A program made the position numbers and the translations under genes. Below are positions 9,469 to 18,805 of a stretch of DNA of 64,000 bases, one piece after another (position 1 is the first letter of the stretch; each line of letters opens with the position of its first letter). The notes below the pieces were generated by a model. The model saw nothing but the letters and a program-made list of their open reading frames with translations. It had not been told where the DNA came from and made no database searches. Origin of the DNA: Candidatus Bipolaricaulota bacterium (GTDB lineage: Bacteria > Bipolaricaulota > Bipolaricaulia > M55B111); the NCBI GenBank assembly GCA_018400715.1, contig JAGYME010000006.1:611-64610 (forward strand). Direction: 5' to 3'.

Positions 9469-11355
9469 TCAATCTGATCGTCGGAAATACACGTATATAT
9501 TGTCTTCGTACTGACCGAACTGACCGAAATTATCCATGGTGAAGTCCAACTTATAATTGTCCTCTATCAGCTGAATTAGATCTTCCCTGGTCCCCGAACT
9601 GGGGTCGTCGTAGATTCCGGTATGCGTGAAGTCCCTGTCGGTGATAACAAGGGCCTTCCCTTCCCGGGAACGAATATATTCCTTAATTATATCGAAGTTC
9701 ACCACGTGAAAGCGTCTTGCTCTTTTCGTACTCCAGTCCGGGTAAAATGAAAATATTCCCATCTCCAACCCGTCTAACAAATCCCGGCGGGCCTCCAGCG
9801 CAAGATAGGCGTGGGTCGTAAAGATTTCCTCCTCACTTGACGTGTTGTCCCGGATAATTTGAGATACTTTGGAGGCTTCTGCCAGTGGAAGCCTGCCGCC
9901 GCTAAGGTTGAAATACCGGGTCCTGGGGTCCAAGAGCCACTGCATGGGCCTCGCCCCCAAGAAGCTGAACAGGAGGAGTCCGATAACCAGGATTGTCAAC
10001 AGGGCCTTTTTATACTCCCAGCTGAGACTCGTCCGCCATTTATCGTAGAGCCAACCGGCAAATATCGCCGCGAGCGGCAAGTTCAAAACGTGATATTCGG
10101 GAAGGGCTGCACCAGGAACGAAGTGGGCCAGAAAAGTGGCCGCAAACGAGGTAAAGATGAACAGCACCCCCCAATAACTCTTGCTCGGCTTTTCGTGAGT
10201 CAGTTGATAGTGGCCGATTTTCGGCAGGATATATAGAGCGATCCCGAGGAGAATAAATGGAATTAAAAATGGGAAGTTTATCAGCAGTTCGAAGAATCCC
10301 CTCATTTTGCCAAAAATCCTCTCTAGGAGGCTCTGGGGTACATATCGGGCCAGATGATAACCGACGATATTAAAATAAGTAGCCCGCGGGTCGAGGAGTA
10401 AAAACGGCAGAAAAAGGACGGTCAACGTTAACCCCGACGCGGTGATCGTCCTGAGGATGTATTGACGGTTTACTATCGCAAGATAGACCAGAAACAAGCC
10501 GAAAACGGGGGCCACCGTCAATCTTGTGCCGACGGCAAGCGCTAAACTTATCCCCGCCAGGGGGTGGTCTATTCGTTTATCACCTTCTCGAAAGAGGAGA
10601 TAGAGGGAGAGAGCAATCAGGGTCGCGGCCATTGAATACGTCTTGGTGATAACCATGAAGTATATTGAAAAGGGATTAACGGCAATCGCAGCCCCCGCCA
10701 GCAGGGAAGCCCTCTCACCGGATATTATCTTTGCCACCGCCATTGTTAGGACCAGAGCGGAGAGACCAAACAAGGACGTCACTATCCTTCCCAGGAGAAG
10801 ACTAGCCCCAAATATCCTTTGAATTAACCCGTAAACGTAAGGCAGAAGAGGGGGCTGAGTATAGGCAAAATCAACGTATGGAATTCTGCCTTCATAGACC
10901 AACTTGCTTGCGTAGAGGTACCAGCCCTCGTCTTCGTTCAATTCCCCCGTAAGAATGTGCAGAATAGCCATAAAGATGAAGAGGGCTATGATACCTAATG
11001 CAAACACACGGTAATGCTCACGGACTGAAGGAAATCTTTTTGCCAGACCCTTACTTTCCTTCCCGATATAGGTAAGTTTATTTAAGATCCAACCGGGGTG
11101 ATGGTACAGATAGAAACTAAACCCCACCAGGAGGACCCCTACCGTACCGGATGCCAGGCGAGCCCGGAAAATGACCCTTAGGGTAACGGCGTCCAGCGAG
11201 TAACTGGCCAACAGGTACTTTTCGACGAAGCCGGCAGAAAATATCAACGAGGCGATAAATATGAGAATGCCAAATACTATCGCCCCGACGGCGGATTTTC
11301 TTACCTTAGACGCTGTCTCCAGGCCCCAGCTTTTATGCACGTTCTTTTGTCTCAT
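9469..11355 (-). CDS. GT-C fold membrane glycosyltransferase (ArnT/PMT family 39/83-like) with C-terminal soluble domain
   Basis: 628 aa with more than 10 TM helices. First-loop motif EDEGWYLYASKLVYEGRIPYVDFAYTQPPLLPY is typical of polyprenyl-phosphate-sugar-dependent GT-C enzymes. Confidence 0.75.
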   Translation of the reverse strand: MRQKNVHKSWGLETASKVRKSAVGAIVFGILIFIASLIFSAGFVEKYLLASYSLDAVTLRVIFRARLASGTVGVLLVGFSFYLYHHPGWILNKLTYIGKESKGLAKRFPSVREHYRVFALGIIALFIFMAILHILTGELNEDEGWYLYASKLVYEGRIPYVDFAYTQPPLLPYVYGLIQRIFGASLLLGRIVTSLFGLSALVLTMAVAKIISGERASLLAGAAIAVNPFSIYFMVITKTYSMAATLIALSLYLLFREGDKRIDHPLAGISLALAVGTRLTVAPVFGLFLVYLAIVNRQYILRTITASGLTLTVLFLPFLLLDPRATYFNIVGYHLARYVPQSLLERIFGKMRGFFELLINFPFLIPFILLGIALYILPKIGHYQLTHEKPSKSYWGVLFIFTSFAATFLAHFVPGAALPEYHVLNLPLAAIFAGWLYDKWRTSLSWEYKKALLTILVIGLLLFSFLGARPMQWLLDPRTRYFNLSGGRLPLAEASKVSQIIRDNTSSEEEIFTTHAYLALEARRDLLDGLEMGIFSFYPDWSTKRARRFHVVNFDIIKEYIRSREGKALVITDRDFTHTGIYDDPSSGTREDLIQLIEDNYKLDFTMDNFGQFGQYEDNIYVYFRRSD

Positions 11356-11426
11356 ATCAGAATTTCGTAGTTTGGGTTAACCTTGTCCCTAGAACTCCCT
11401 TCTTTAACCGGTCACACCAATTTGGG

Positions 11427-12470
11427 TCAAAAGAACAATTTGGCCAAGGACAAAGCCCCCTGCGCCCACGCCGTCCTGTGAGTCCGGCCTATGTCCTCTC
11501 GGTCCCTATCGTATTCCTCCGAATACCACCTATAGGAGTCGATCCACACCTCGGCCGTGGTATAATTCGGTTCCCACCCTAAAACCTCTTGGATTTTATC
11601 CACGGAAACGTAGTGGTCTTTATCGGCCGTTGCGTATACCCACTCGTATAGAGGAGATAAGTTGAGATTCTCCAACAGCTTCAGCCCGGGGATGACTAGC
11701 CAGGAGGGAACCGGCCTCACCCTCTTCCCATAACCGGCATAGTCAAGCAGTTCCTGCAGGTCTTCCTTAATCGAGCCGAACTGGGTAGCGCCGACGTTAA
11801 AGGTGTCGTTGGCTTTTTCCTCTGGTTCCGTTGCCACGAGGTTGATCGCGTCCACCAGGTCTTGCACGTGCAATAACTGGTATTTATTTTCTCCGTCCCC
11901 GATCACGGGGATGTTTTTGCCGCTCTCTACCCAGTCGTTAAGTATGCTAAACACGCCCAGTCGATAGGGCCCGGCAAAGGTCTTTGGCCTCAACACGGGT
12001 ACACAGTGACCTTTTCCCTGGTAATCAAAACAGATTTCTTCCGCCTCAACCTTACTGCTCCCGTACGGCCCGACCCCACTTACGGGGTAGTTTTCGTCCA
12101 CCGGGTGGGTCTCGGGGATGCCATAAACCGACGTTGAAGAAATAAAGATAACCCTATCCACGCCCTGATTGAACGAGGTTTCGAGGAGATGTTCCGTCCC
12201 GTCTACGTTCGTGGAAAATATCTCCTCCTCCGACCACCGGGGCAGGGCAGCTGCGCTGTGCACGACGACGTCGACACCTTCGAGAGAGCCAGTTAACGGG
12301 TCCTTGTCCCTGATATCCCCACGGTAGAAGTGGAACCCCTCGCCCAGGTCAGGGTACTGGAACTCGTGTATATCCAGTCCGTTGACCGTCTTACCTTTCT
12401 CGACTAGATCTTTACTCACGTGATAGCCCAAGAAACCGGAAGCACCGGTAACTAGAAATTTCTCTGGCAT
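11427..12470 (-). CDS. NAD-dependent epimerase/dehydratase (extended SDR)
   Basis: N-terminal VTGASGFLG Rossmann motif and catalytic YGSSK (YxxxK). Confidence 0.85.
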   Translation of the reverse strand: MPEKFLVTGASGFLGYHVSKDLVEKGKTVNGLDIHEFQYPDLGEGFHFYRGDIRDKDPLTGSLEGVDVVVHSAAALPRWSEEEIFSTNVDGTEHLLETSFNQGVDRVIFISSTSVYGIPETHPVDENYPVSGVGPYGSSKVEAEEICFDYQGKGHCVPVLRPKTFAGPYRLGVFSILNDWVESGKNIPVIGDGENKYQLLHVQDLVDAINLVATEPEEKANDTFNVGATQFGSIKEDLQELLDYAGYGKRVRPVPSWLVIPGLKLLENLNLSPLYEWVYATADKDHYVSVDKIQEVLGWEPNYTTAEVWIDSYRWYSEEYDRDREDIGRTHRTAWAQGALSLAKLFF

Positions 12471-12551
12471 ATTACCTCCTGGTTAGGTCAATTAGGCTTT
12501 CATTATCTTAACCTACAAAGGTATCTATTAAAATGGTCCGTTGCGTCTCTC

Positions 12552-13427
12552 TCACCCGGAGTTGAAGAAAATCATTATCATCACTACCGCAATCCCCCAC
12601 AGCAAAATATCTACTACGAGAGGTTTGTCCTTAATCAGGACCTCGCTTAGCTGCCCCTCGTAACCTTTAACCTCTATAAGGTACATGTATCTAAAGGCCC
12701 CGTAAAGTACAAATGGGATGGTCCACAGTATCTGGTCGGAGTGGACCGAGTTAAAGGAATAAAGGGCATAACTGACTATCGTGGCGGTGGTGACAATCAT
12801 TATCAGCTGATTAAGATAGGGCAACGTATAGAGGAAAGCTTCACCTCCTGAATCTCCACCCGCTTTATCGGCCTCGCTAACCTCGGCTTTCCTCTTATTG
12901 AGTGCCAGAAATAGTGCCAGAAACATCGTACTTATTACCAGCCATGGAGAAATATTAACGTCTATCGCGATTGCACCGGCGATTGCTCTCAGCACGAATC
13001 CAAAAGAAATTACTAGCACGTCCATAATTACTACCTCTTCCAGCCAGAAGGAGTAAGCAAGGTTCGCGAAAAGGTACATAAGTATAATTAGGCCCACGTG
13101 AAGGTGGATGAAAAAGCCAGCCACGGCGCTTCCAAGAAAAAGGACGAGGGCGCTGAGACCCGCAACCCTAATTCCCAGCTCGCCGGAGGCAATTGGGCGT
13201 TTCGATTTCACGGGGTGTTTCCGGTCCTCTTCCCGGTCCGCGATGTCATTTATGATGTAGACGCTACCCGCCGCCAGACAGAACATGAAAAAAGTTCCTA
13301 GTGCTATTAAATCTTTGGAAAGATCAAAGAAACTGGTAGAAAAAACTAGCGCCGCAAAGACTACCACGTTCTTTATCCAGTGCTTAGGCCTTAAGGTCTT
13401 AACTAACCCCAGAAAAGTTTTAACCAT
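12552..13427 (-). CDS. UbiA-family prenyltransferase, decaprenyl-phosphate phosphoribosyltransferase-like
   Basis: 291 aa, about 8 TM helices. Motif NDIADREEDRKHPVKSKRPIASGE is characteristic of the DPPR-synthase (Rv3806c-type) subgroup of the UbiA superfamily. Confidence 0.8.
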   Translation of the reverse strand: MVKTFLGLVKTLRPKHWIKNVVVFAALVFSTSFFDLSKDLIALGTFFMFCLAAGSVYIINDIADREEDRKHPVKSKRPIASGELGIRVAGLSALVLFLGSAVAGFFIHLHVGLIILMYLFANLAYSFWLEEVVIMDVLVISFGFVLRAIAGAIAIDVNISPWLVISTMFLALFLALNKRKAEVSEADKAGGDSGGEAFLYTLPYLNQLIMIVTTATIVSYALYSFNSVHSDQILWTIPFVLYGAFRYMYLIEVKGYEGQLSEVLIKDKPLVVDILLWGIAVVMIMIFFNSG

Positions 13428-13463
13428 AATTAGTTGCCAGAGCTCCAGAACAGTGAACCGGAA

Positions 13464-14066
13464 TCATAACCACTTCCCCACCTTTGTCAAGATGTGCCCC
13501 ATTAATGCTCTCATAAAACGCCCTGGTCCCGGACTAAGATTACCGATTTCAAAGCCAAAGTGGGCGTCACTACCGGCAAGTTTCCCCAACCCGTGTTCGT
13601 CAGCGAAACTCATAGCTCTCTCATCAAAAGAGGGGAGCAAACATCGTCCGTTAAATACCTCTAAATAGTCTATTTGCTCAACAATCTCGTACGTATAGGG
13701 ACCCAGGGCACTGCCGCGAAATTTATCGAAAGGGTGAGGTATGTATACCTTTGCTCCCTGTTCTTTGATTTCATCAATTACCTCATGAACCTCGGTCGCT
13801 TTGACTTCCTCAGTTAGGCCCAGGCCAATTATCTCGCCCTTATTGGTGTTTATCTCTGCACCCACGATCACTTCCAAATCGAGGCCCATGGACTCGGCTT
13901 TTTCCTTTGTCACTCTACCGCCACTTATCGTTCCATGGTCCGTTACCGCTATTGTCTTAAGACCTTTCGCTTTCGCCAAAGATATTATCCTCTCTGGTTG
14001 TAAGTGGCCATCAGAAGAATAGGTGGAATGTATATGATAGTCTGCATTATTTCTTTTCAACTCCAT
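13464..14066 (-). CDS. PHP-domain phosphoesterase
   Basis: DYHIHSTYSSDG...VTDHGT...IPHPF...GSDAH metal-ligand pattern of the PHP family. Confidence 0.8.
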   Translation of the reverse strand: MELKRNNADYHIHSTYSSDGHLQPERIISLAKAKGLKTIAVTDHGTISGGRVTKEKAESMGLDLEVIVGAEINTNKGEIIGLGLTEEVKATEVHEVIDEIKEQGAKVYIPHPFDKFRGSALGPYTYEIVEQIDYLEVFNGRCLLPSFDERAMSFADEHGLGKLAGSDAHFGFEIGNLSPGPGRFMRALMGHILTKVGKWL

Positions 14067-14079
14067 AGCTGAAAACCCC

Positions 14080-15066
14080 TCAAGAAAAAGATAGTCCCAA
14101 CTTCTCCCGATTTAACAACAGCGTCGTCAGGCCAATAACGACAGCAAACCAGATCGTGGATAACCGGATCAGTAGGGTCGCGGACACGGCAAACGACTTA
14201 CTTAGTCCTGCCAGCGCTATCATAATTCCAGTCATGCTCCCTTCGGCCACCCCAAGCCCCCCTGGAAGTAGCGATACTGCACCCATCACGGAAGAAAACG
14301 TGAAGATAAAGGTCGAGAGTAATATACTTTGACCCACGTCCAGACCGGAAAAGATCAGGTACATTGCCAGGCATTCCGACCCCCATGACAGCACGCTGAT
14401 GAAGACGCTAAACAGCAGTCGGGGGAGGCGCAGGAGCTTGTATGAACTCTCGTAGAAATTTCGTATTGAGTCCGTGTATCTTTTTATAATGGGTACGTAA
14501 CGACTCCTCTCTATCAACCAGTTCGAAATATTCCTGTTCTGAATCAGTAGTATCAAGACGAGAGCCAAAGCAAAAACTACGACCAGGGCAAATATTCCGT
14601 ACTGAAAATAGATGACTCCGATGGAGGCAAGTAAGGTCACCGCCAGGAGGTCGGTAAACCTCTCGACCATAACAACGGGCATCGTCTCACTAACATCTCT
14701 CCCGGTAAACCTTTTGATAAGGAGCGACTTAAATAATTCTCCTACCTTTCCCGGAGTTATTGCCATTGCTAGACCCCCGAAGAATATTGTAGCGGAGTTA
14801 ACTAAGGAAAGCTCTACCCCTAAAACCTTCAAGAAATAATTCCACTTCACAAAACGCAACAAATCGTCAATAAGCGTTAGGGATAGAATCAGAGGTAAAA
14901 GAATCCAGTTAAATCGCAACAGGGCCGGCCCAACTTTCGAGACGTCGCCATAAAGTACAAGACCTACAAAAACAAAGAAGGCGAGCAGGACCGGGACCAA
15001 AAACTTCTTTCTAAAATTTATTGAATTCTCGGCAACATCCCCGGTTTTGTCCATCTCAGTTACCAC
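14080..15066 (-). CDS. UPF0104 / LPG-synthase-TM (flippase-like) integral membrane protein
   Basis: 328 aa, about 8 TM helices. Overall pattern fits TIGR00374-type proteins often found next to GT and UbiA genes. Recognised by topology and context only. Confidence 0.6.
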   Translation of the reverse strand: MVTEMDKTGDVAENSINFRKKFLVPVLLAFFVFVGLVLYGDVSKVGPALLRFNWILLPLILSLTLIDDLLRFVKWNYFLKVLGVELSLVNSATIFFGGLAMAITPGKVGELFKSLLIKRFTGRDVSETMPVVMVERFTDLLAVTLLASIGVIYFQYGIFALVVVFALALVLILLIQNRNISNWLIERSRYVPIIKRYTDSIRNFYESSYKLLRLPRLLFSVFISVLSWGSECLAMYLIFSGLDVGQSILLSTFIFTFSSVMGAVSLLPGGLGVAEGSMTGIMIALAGLSKSFAVSATLLIRLSTIWFAVVIGLTTLLLNREKLGLSFS

Positions 15067-15189
15067 AACCCCCTCGTTTTTAGGAGAACGAATCCACCTT
15101 AACTATAGATTCCCTTAGAGTTAATAACAATAGGGCCTGACCTTGCATATTGAAGATGAATATTTCGTTTCCTGTCCTTCTCAACGAAA

Positions 15190-15227
15190 GCACCGAAAAA
15201 GGCTCCTAACCGAGCCTTTTTCGGTGC
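15190..15227. promoter_or_regulatory. perfect 16-bp inverted repeat with 6-nt spacer in a divergent intergenic region
   Basis: GCACCGAAAAAGGCTC-ctaacc-GAGCCTTTTTCGGTGC read directly, between the start of the UPF0104 gene (15066) and the activase gene (15568). Confidence 0.5.
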
Positions 15228-15567
15228 ACAGTTTGATTTGATTGTCCGGAACTTGTTGGTTTATGACAAGGATGAGTCCAGCCAAAGAGATAATAAGTTA
15301 ATCCCAATTCAATCGGAAATCGCAAAGGTCTTGGGGTTATTTGAAAAAATCGTATCTACTCGATACATTTGGTGAACAGAAGTAGATTTTACCTGCAATT
15401 CATTGGAACCCGTAAGGTAGGAGCAGATAACTTTTCAGACTACCATGCAATTACCTTGCTCTCGTTCAGTTTGTGTTGATGGTTATTCTCACAATAGTAG
15501 AGTCAATAAATCAAATCAGGGGTTGAGACACTAAGAAGATGAAAATTGGGATTGACAGGGTCTTATC

Positions 15568-16371
15568 GTGTTAACCGGCATAATATTCGACGTCAAGAAA
15601 TACGCCATCCACGACGGTCCCGGTATAAGGACGACGGTTTTCTTCAAGGGATGCCCGCTGAACTGTCAGTGGTGTCATAACCCGGAGTCGGTCGATCCTG
15701 ATCCCGAACCCTCCCTGGATTATAGGGATCCTTTCCGCCTCGACCCCTACGGAGAGGACCACCCCGGGGCGATAGGAGAAGAAGTTGCCGCGGAAGCGGT
15801 TATGGATGAAATCCTGAAAGACAGGATATTTTACGAAGAATCGGGTGGTGGGGTGACGTTCTCCGGAGGAGAGCCCTTGATCCAGCCCGATTTTCTCGCC
15901 TACCTGCTGAAAAAATGTAAACAGGAAGAGATCCATACCGCGGTCGACACCTCCGGATTCGCTCCAAGAGTGACCCTGGAGAAGATAGCTGATTCCGTCG
16001 ACCTATTCTTATTTGACCTGAAATTGGTAGATACGAAGCTCCACGAAGAGTATACCAGTGTCGGAAACGAAAGGATTCTGGATAACCTGAAATTTTTGGA
16101 CGATAACGACCGGGAGGTAGAACTGCGGTTTCCCTTGATTCCCAGTATCACCGACGGTGAAGAAAACGTCGAGGGGATAAAAGGAATTATCGAAGGCGGA
16201 TCCGGTTTTCGTAAAATAAGCATATTGCCCTTTCACGACGTCGAAAAGAAGTATTCCCGGTTAGGGCTGGACTTTTCTCTCGCCGGCCTGGAGCCACCTG
16301 AAGAAAACGAGATAAAGAGAATTAAGGACGAGCTAGAGAAAACTGGTATAATGGTAGAGGTAGGAGGTTAA
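15568..16371 (+). CDS. glycyl-radical enzyme activating enzyme (radical SAM)
   Basis: CPLNCQWC (Cx3Cx2C, C29/C33/C36) follows the GRE-activase N-terminal motif HDGPGIRTTVFFKGC. GGEPL is present. Sits immediately upstream of a GRE. Confidence 0.9.
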   Translation: MLTGIIFDVKKYAIHDGPGIRTTVFFKGCPLNCQWCHNPESVDPDPEPSLDYRDPFRLDPYGEDHPGAIGEEVAAEAVMDEILKDRIFYEESGGGVTFSGGEPLIQPDFLAYLLKKCKQEEIHTAVDTSGFAPRVTLEKIADSVDLFLFDLKLVDTKLHEEYTSVGNERILDNLKFLDDNDREVELRFPLIPSITDGEENVEGIKGIIEGGSGFRKISILPFHDVEKKYSRLGLDFSLAGLEPPEENEIKRIKDELEKTGIMVEVGG

Positions 16372-16372
16372 C

Positions 16373-18805
16373 GTGAACGAGAAATCCCCTAGCTGTAATG
16401 AGATAAGAGAGGAATTCGACCACCGACAGTCCAAAATTTCCCCTGTAAACTCGAGAATAGCTGAACTTCGCCGAGAAACGGTCAGCCGTGAGCCGGCAAT
16501 AACCCCGGAAAGAGCTGTTCTGGTCACCGAATTCTATCGAGGCAGCGACCTCTCGGACAAGTCCTCGCCCGTAATCCGGGCACTCGCGCTGGAGCATATC
16601 CTGACAAACAAGAAGTTATCCCTCCAGCCGGGAGAGCTAATAGTGGGCGATAAGGGACCCGAACCTAAGGTGGTGCCTACCTACCCCGAGATCTGCACTC
16701 ACAGCAGGGAAGACCTCGATATCCTGGACAGTCGGGAGAAAAACCCCTACCGGGTGGACGAGGAAACGAAGGAGGTCTACGAGCAAGAAATCATTCCGTT
16801 CTGGCGAGGAAAGACGATGCGAGAAAGGGTCTTCGAAGTTACCTCCGAGGAATGGCAGCGGGCCTACGACGCGGGAGTATTTACCGAATTCATGGAGCAG
16901 AGGTCACCGGGACATACGGTGCTTGGGGACAAGATTTACGGAAAGGGCTTTCTGAATCTCATGGAAGAAATAGAGGAAACAAAAGAGAACCTCTCCCCCG
17001 ATGACCCTGATTATCAGGCAAAAGTCGAAGAACTAAAAGGAATGAAGATCGCCGCTCGTGCGCTAATTGACTACGCCGAGCGTTACGCCGAGAGGCTGGA
17101 CGAGAAGGCGGAGGGGGAAGAAGACGAAAGCAGGAAAGCCGAACTGGAAGGGATGGCTGAGGTCTGCCGCCGGGTCCCGGCCAGACCACCCCGGACCTTC
17201 TGGGAGGCGCTTCAGTACTACTGGTTCGTCCACGTCGGCGTAATAACGGAGACCAACCCCTGGGATGCGTTCAATCCCGGCAGATTGGACCAGCACCTCT
17301 ATCCGTTCTACAGGAGAGGGCTGGAGGAGGGGACGCTGACGAAAGAAAGGGCAAAGGAACTGTTACAGGCGTTTTGGATCAAGTTTCACAATCAACCGGC
17401 TCCTCCAAAAGTCGGGGTCACCGCACAGGAGAGCAACACCTATTCCGACTTCGCCAAGATAAACGTCGGCGGCGTCACCGAGGAAGGCGAGGATGCGGTA
17501 AACGACCTTACGTATTTGATACTGGACGTAGTTGAATCCATGCGGTTAATCCAGCCAAATTTTATGGTCCAGATAAGTAAGAAAAATCCTGACAGGTACC
17601 TAAAGCGGGCGCTGGAGATAGTGAAAAGTGGCTTCGGCCAACCGGCTATCTTCAACGCGGAAAGCATAATTACCCAGTTGCTACGACAGGGGAAAAGCCT
17701 GAAGGACGCCCGCCGGGGCGGTTGCAGCGGCTGCGTGGAAACCGGAGCTTTTGGCCGGGAAAGCTATATCCTCACCGGCTACTTTAACATGCCCAAGGTA
17801 CTCGAGCTGACCCTCCACGATGGAGTGGACCCCAACACTGGGGACCGGCTAGGGATCTCTACGGGAGGCCCTTTCAGTTTCTCCACCTTCAATGATTTCT
17901 TCGAAGCCTATAGAAGACAGCTCCACTACTTTTTGGACGTTAAGATCGAGGCAAACAAACGGATCCAGCAGCTTTACGCGGATCACCTGCCTTCACCATT
18001 TTTGTCCCTCTTGATAGACGATTGTATAGAAAACGCCAAGGACTATAACGCCGGGGGAGCTCGCTACGACACGTCCTACATTCAGGGGGTGGGGCTGGGC
18101 ACGTTGACGGATGCGCTTACCGCAATCAAGTTCAACGTCTTCGACCGGGAGAACTTCTCACTACCGGAACTTGTCAAAGCGCTCGATGACGACTTCGATG
18201 ACCACGAAGATATACTTGCCCGGGTAAGCGAACGCACACCCAAGTACGGTAACGACCTGGATTACGCCGATGACTTGATGCAGCGGGTGTTTAACGCCTT
18301 CTTCGAGGCCGTGGACGGCAAACCTAACGGACGGGGCGGAACGCACCGGGTCAACATGCTTCCCACCACAGTACACATATACTTCGGAGAAAAATGCGGA
18401 GCCCTACCGGACGGGAGGCAGGCTGAACAGCCCTTATCGGAAGGAATTTCGCCCGTTCAGGGTGCTGACACCCGCGGGCCGACCGCGGTATTCAAATCAG
18501 TCGGAAAACTGGACCATGCGAGGACGGGAGGAACCCTCCTGAACCAGAAGCTGACTCCCGACCTCATCAACGGAAAAAAGGAGAAGGAGAAGCTGGCCCA
18601 GCTCATCCGGGGGTTCTTCCGTATGGGGAGCCATCACGTCCAGTTCAACGTAATCGGAGCTGACCTACTCAGGGAAGCCCAGGACAATCCAGAGGAATAT
18701 CAAAATTTGATAGTTCGAGTGGCCGGCTACAGCGACTACTTCGTCAACCTGACGGAGGGACTGCAGAACGAGATAATCGAGAGGAGCGAACAGAGAAGTT
18801 TTTGA
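16373..18805 (+). CDS. glycyl radical enzyme, PFL2/dehydratase-like clade, substrate unknown
   Basis: 810 aa. C-terminal glycyl-radical fingerprint RVAGYSDYF (Gly785, nt 18725-18727). Cys loop GGCSGCVETG (C451, C454, E456; nt 17723-17740). Confidence 0.92.
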   Translation: MNEKSPSCNEIREEFDHRQSKISPVNSRIAELRRETVSREPAITPERAVLVTEFYRGSDLSDKSSPVIRALALEHILTNKKLSLQPGELIVGDKGPEPKVVPTYPEICTHSREDLDILDSREKNPYRVDEETKEVYEQEIIPFWRGKTMRERVFEVTSEEWQRAYDAGVFTEFMEQRSPGHTVLGDKIYGKGFLNLMEEIEETKENLSPDDPDYQAKVEELKGMKIAARALIDYAERYAERLDEKAEGEEDESRKAELEGMAEVCRRVPARPPRTFWEALQYYWFVHVGVITETNPWDAFNPGRLDQHLYPFYRRGLEEGTLTKERAKELLQAFWIKFHNQPAPPKVGVTAQESNTYSDFAKINVGGVTEEGEDAVNDLTYLILDVVESMRLIQPNFMVQISKKNPDRYLKRALEIVKSGFGQPAIFNAESIITQLLRQGKSLKDARRGGCSGCVETGAFGRESYILTGYFNMPKVLELTLHDGVDPNTGDRLGISTGGPFSFSTFNDFFEAYRRQLHYFLDVKIEANKRIQQLYADHLPSPFLSLLIDDCIENAKDYNAGGARYDTSYIQGVGLGTLTDALTAIKFNVFDRENFSLPELVKALDDDFDDHEDILARVSERTPKYGNDLDYADDLMQRVFNAFFEAVDGKPNGRGGTHRVNMLPTTVHIYFGEKCGALPDGRQAEQPLSEGISPVQGADTRGPTAVFKSVGKLDHARTGGTLLNQKLTPDLINGKKEKEKLAQLIRGFFRMGSHHVQFNVIGADLLREAQDNPEEYQNLIVRVAGYSDYFVNLTEGLQNEIIERSEQRSF

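Noticed and set aside
9859-10236. 125-aa plus-strand ORF antisense to the GT-C glycosyltransferase
   Set aside because: It is antisense to a long, well-supported membrane protein gene and has Pro/Arg/Gln-rich off-frame composition.
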